Part shown: positions 62,217-64,000 of the stretch, piece after piece
Numbering within the stretch: position 1 is the first letter of the stretch
Layout: every line of letters begins with the position of its first letter
NCBI GenBank assembly: GCA_964016885.1
Contig: OZ024743.1
Span: forward strand, 318,246,001 to 318,310,000
Length of the DNA stretch: 64,000 nt
Reading direction: 5' to 3'
Source of the DNA: Eledone cirrhosa
Taxonomy: Eukaryota
Position numbers and translations under genes: made by a program
Notes under the pieces: generated by a model
Told to the model about the DNA's origin: nothing
Databases searched by the model: none
The model's input: the letters and a program-made list of their open reading frames with translations, nothing else

Positions 62217-64000
62217 GTAAGTTATTTCAATTTATTATTTAATACTCTTTTTCTTTTGTTGCTTTTAAGTGTTTTACTCTTTAAACCTTTTGATACCAAA
62301 ATGCCTGAAACTATCTCCTGATTCTGCGATACAAATCTGCTTCATCATCGTCATCATCATCACTGTTTATCGTCCATTTTCCATGCTAGCATGGGTTAGA
62401 CAAGTTTTCCCCTTGTGAGACAAGTCAGATCAGGTGACTGTGTCTTGCTCATACAGAACTGATTCTAGCTTGGTTTCTATGGCTAGATGTCCTTTCTAAC
62501 ACCAACCATATTTACATCATTATTTCATGTAACAGCCTTTTGTTAAGTTATGCTCCAGACACCTTAATGTTATATTACTAAATTGCTCCAAATTCTCGAT
62601 TATTTTCAGAATTATTTGCAACATATATTTATTTAATCTATTTAAACGTCCACATATAGCTAGTAAGCCTTGACAGACTAGAAGAAGTATCTAGTACTTT
62701 TTAGAAGTAAAAACCAAGGTATAGAAAGAACAGTGAATATATATAAAAAATAAAATATAAATTTTAACCAATAGGTGGGAAAATAAGCATAAAAAGATAA
62801 AGAAAAATGGGAAACAAGGGAAGCTGTAAAGCAGTTAGGAGGTTCTGTTATTGAATCTTTTTGTAACCTCAAAGATTTTGTTTATAGTTGGTAGATATTT
62901 TACAATATATTGTATCTTCAAATCTTGATACTTTTTAATGATCAGCTTCAAAATGTCTTCTCTCTCAGACTAATAGTCTCTACGTTGTAACAAATACTGC
63001 CAAAGAGTTTCTGGGAAGTCACCACAATTTCATAGAGGTGATTCTCTATGACCTGTTTGTCATAAAATATAGTTCAATGATATATGTCCAGTTCGAAGCT
63101 AGCATAGTCTTTTTTTTTTATTAACATTGCTCAGTGTCTGATATGTCAGATCTGGTTGAGAAAGTGGAGGATTGGAATTTGAGAGCTTCTCTCTACATTT
63201 TTCCCCAAACTTTTCCTACTGTGTTTTTCATTTGAAACATAATTAGAAATATGGTAATGAAAGGGTTAACCCATTTGTGGCCATATTTTTGATGAAATAC
63301 ATTATCTGTGTTTCATTTTTGTTTAAAATAATGACTTTTGAGGGGTTCAATAAAAGAAGTTCTTTTTTTTTCATTTTTAGATGATGTTTGAGGTATAACT
63401 TAATAAAAGTTTCATTGGTAAAATTATGATAGCAGATTTTAATTTAAATATGGCTGGTATTGGAAAGGGTATCCAGCTGTAGAAACCAAGCCAAAATACA
63501 GATCTGTATGAGCAAGACGTGGTCTCTGGACATGACTTGTCTCATAACGTGACAGCCTATCTAACCCATGCAAGCGTGGAAAATGTATGTTAAATAGGGA
63601 TGATGATGAACAGTTCAGATGGTTTTGTGTGGGTTGGTATCTAAGGGGTTAAATATTTTGTATTGTCAAGGTAATTCTAATCACTATTATAAAGTGTTTC
63701 TAGAGCTATACAGCCAAATGTACCAAACCTATACTGTCTAGCACATATATAGCCAGAGTGTACTGGGTGTATTTTATCGGGGTTCTAGTTGCCTCAATTT
63801 CTATATATATTTTCATATATTTTCTTAATTTTTGAAAAATGAATACAAATAATATTTTCCCTATGTCTTCAGTTTCCCAATTCTTTTCTAATTTGATTGA
63901 ATTTTAAAAATTAGCTGTGGGTACCCTGTTTAGAATAGGTACACCATATATTTGCATGTTATAAAAGGTTACTAGAAGAAAATCCAGCTGTAAAATGTTG

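Overview
AT-rich, repeat-dense animal genomic DNA. The SINE/RTE/(TA)n repertoire looks like an octopod cephalopod (inference). Two divergently transcribed spliced genes are present. TAF6L lies on the minus strand (coding exons 13103->2416, running off the left edge) with a candidate multi-exon leader reaching about 37.5 kb. CCDC60 lies on the plus strand (nine coding exons 49763->62216, running off the right edge). Introns and intergenic DNA hold RTE-clade LINEs (with a PHD finger inside the RT region), tRNA-derived SINEs, two non-autonomous Helitrons, TTAA- and TA-flanked MITEs, minisatellites and a 5'-truncated Penelope-like (GIY-YIG) element. Two observations stand out. (1) At least nine type I hammerhead ribozyme motifs from about six unrelated Penelope/retrozyme-like repeats can be folded by eye, including non-canonical cores (UUGAAAA, CAGAAGA); most sit in (TA)n tracts, several as fold-back pairs. 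(2) The candidate TAF6L leader exons splice, all in phase 0, into an unrecognised 67-aa Cys-containing ORF that stops 77 nt before the TAF6L ATG, suggesting a bicistronic transcript. All calls are by-eye; no searches or folding programs were run.
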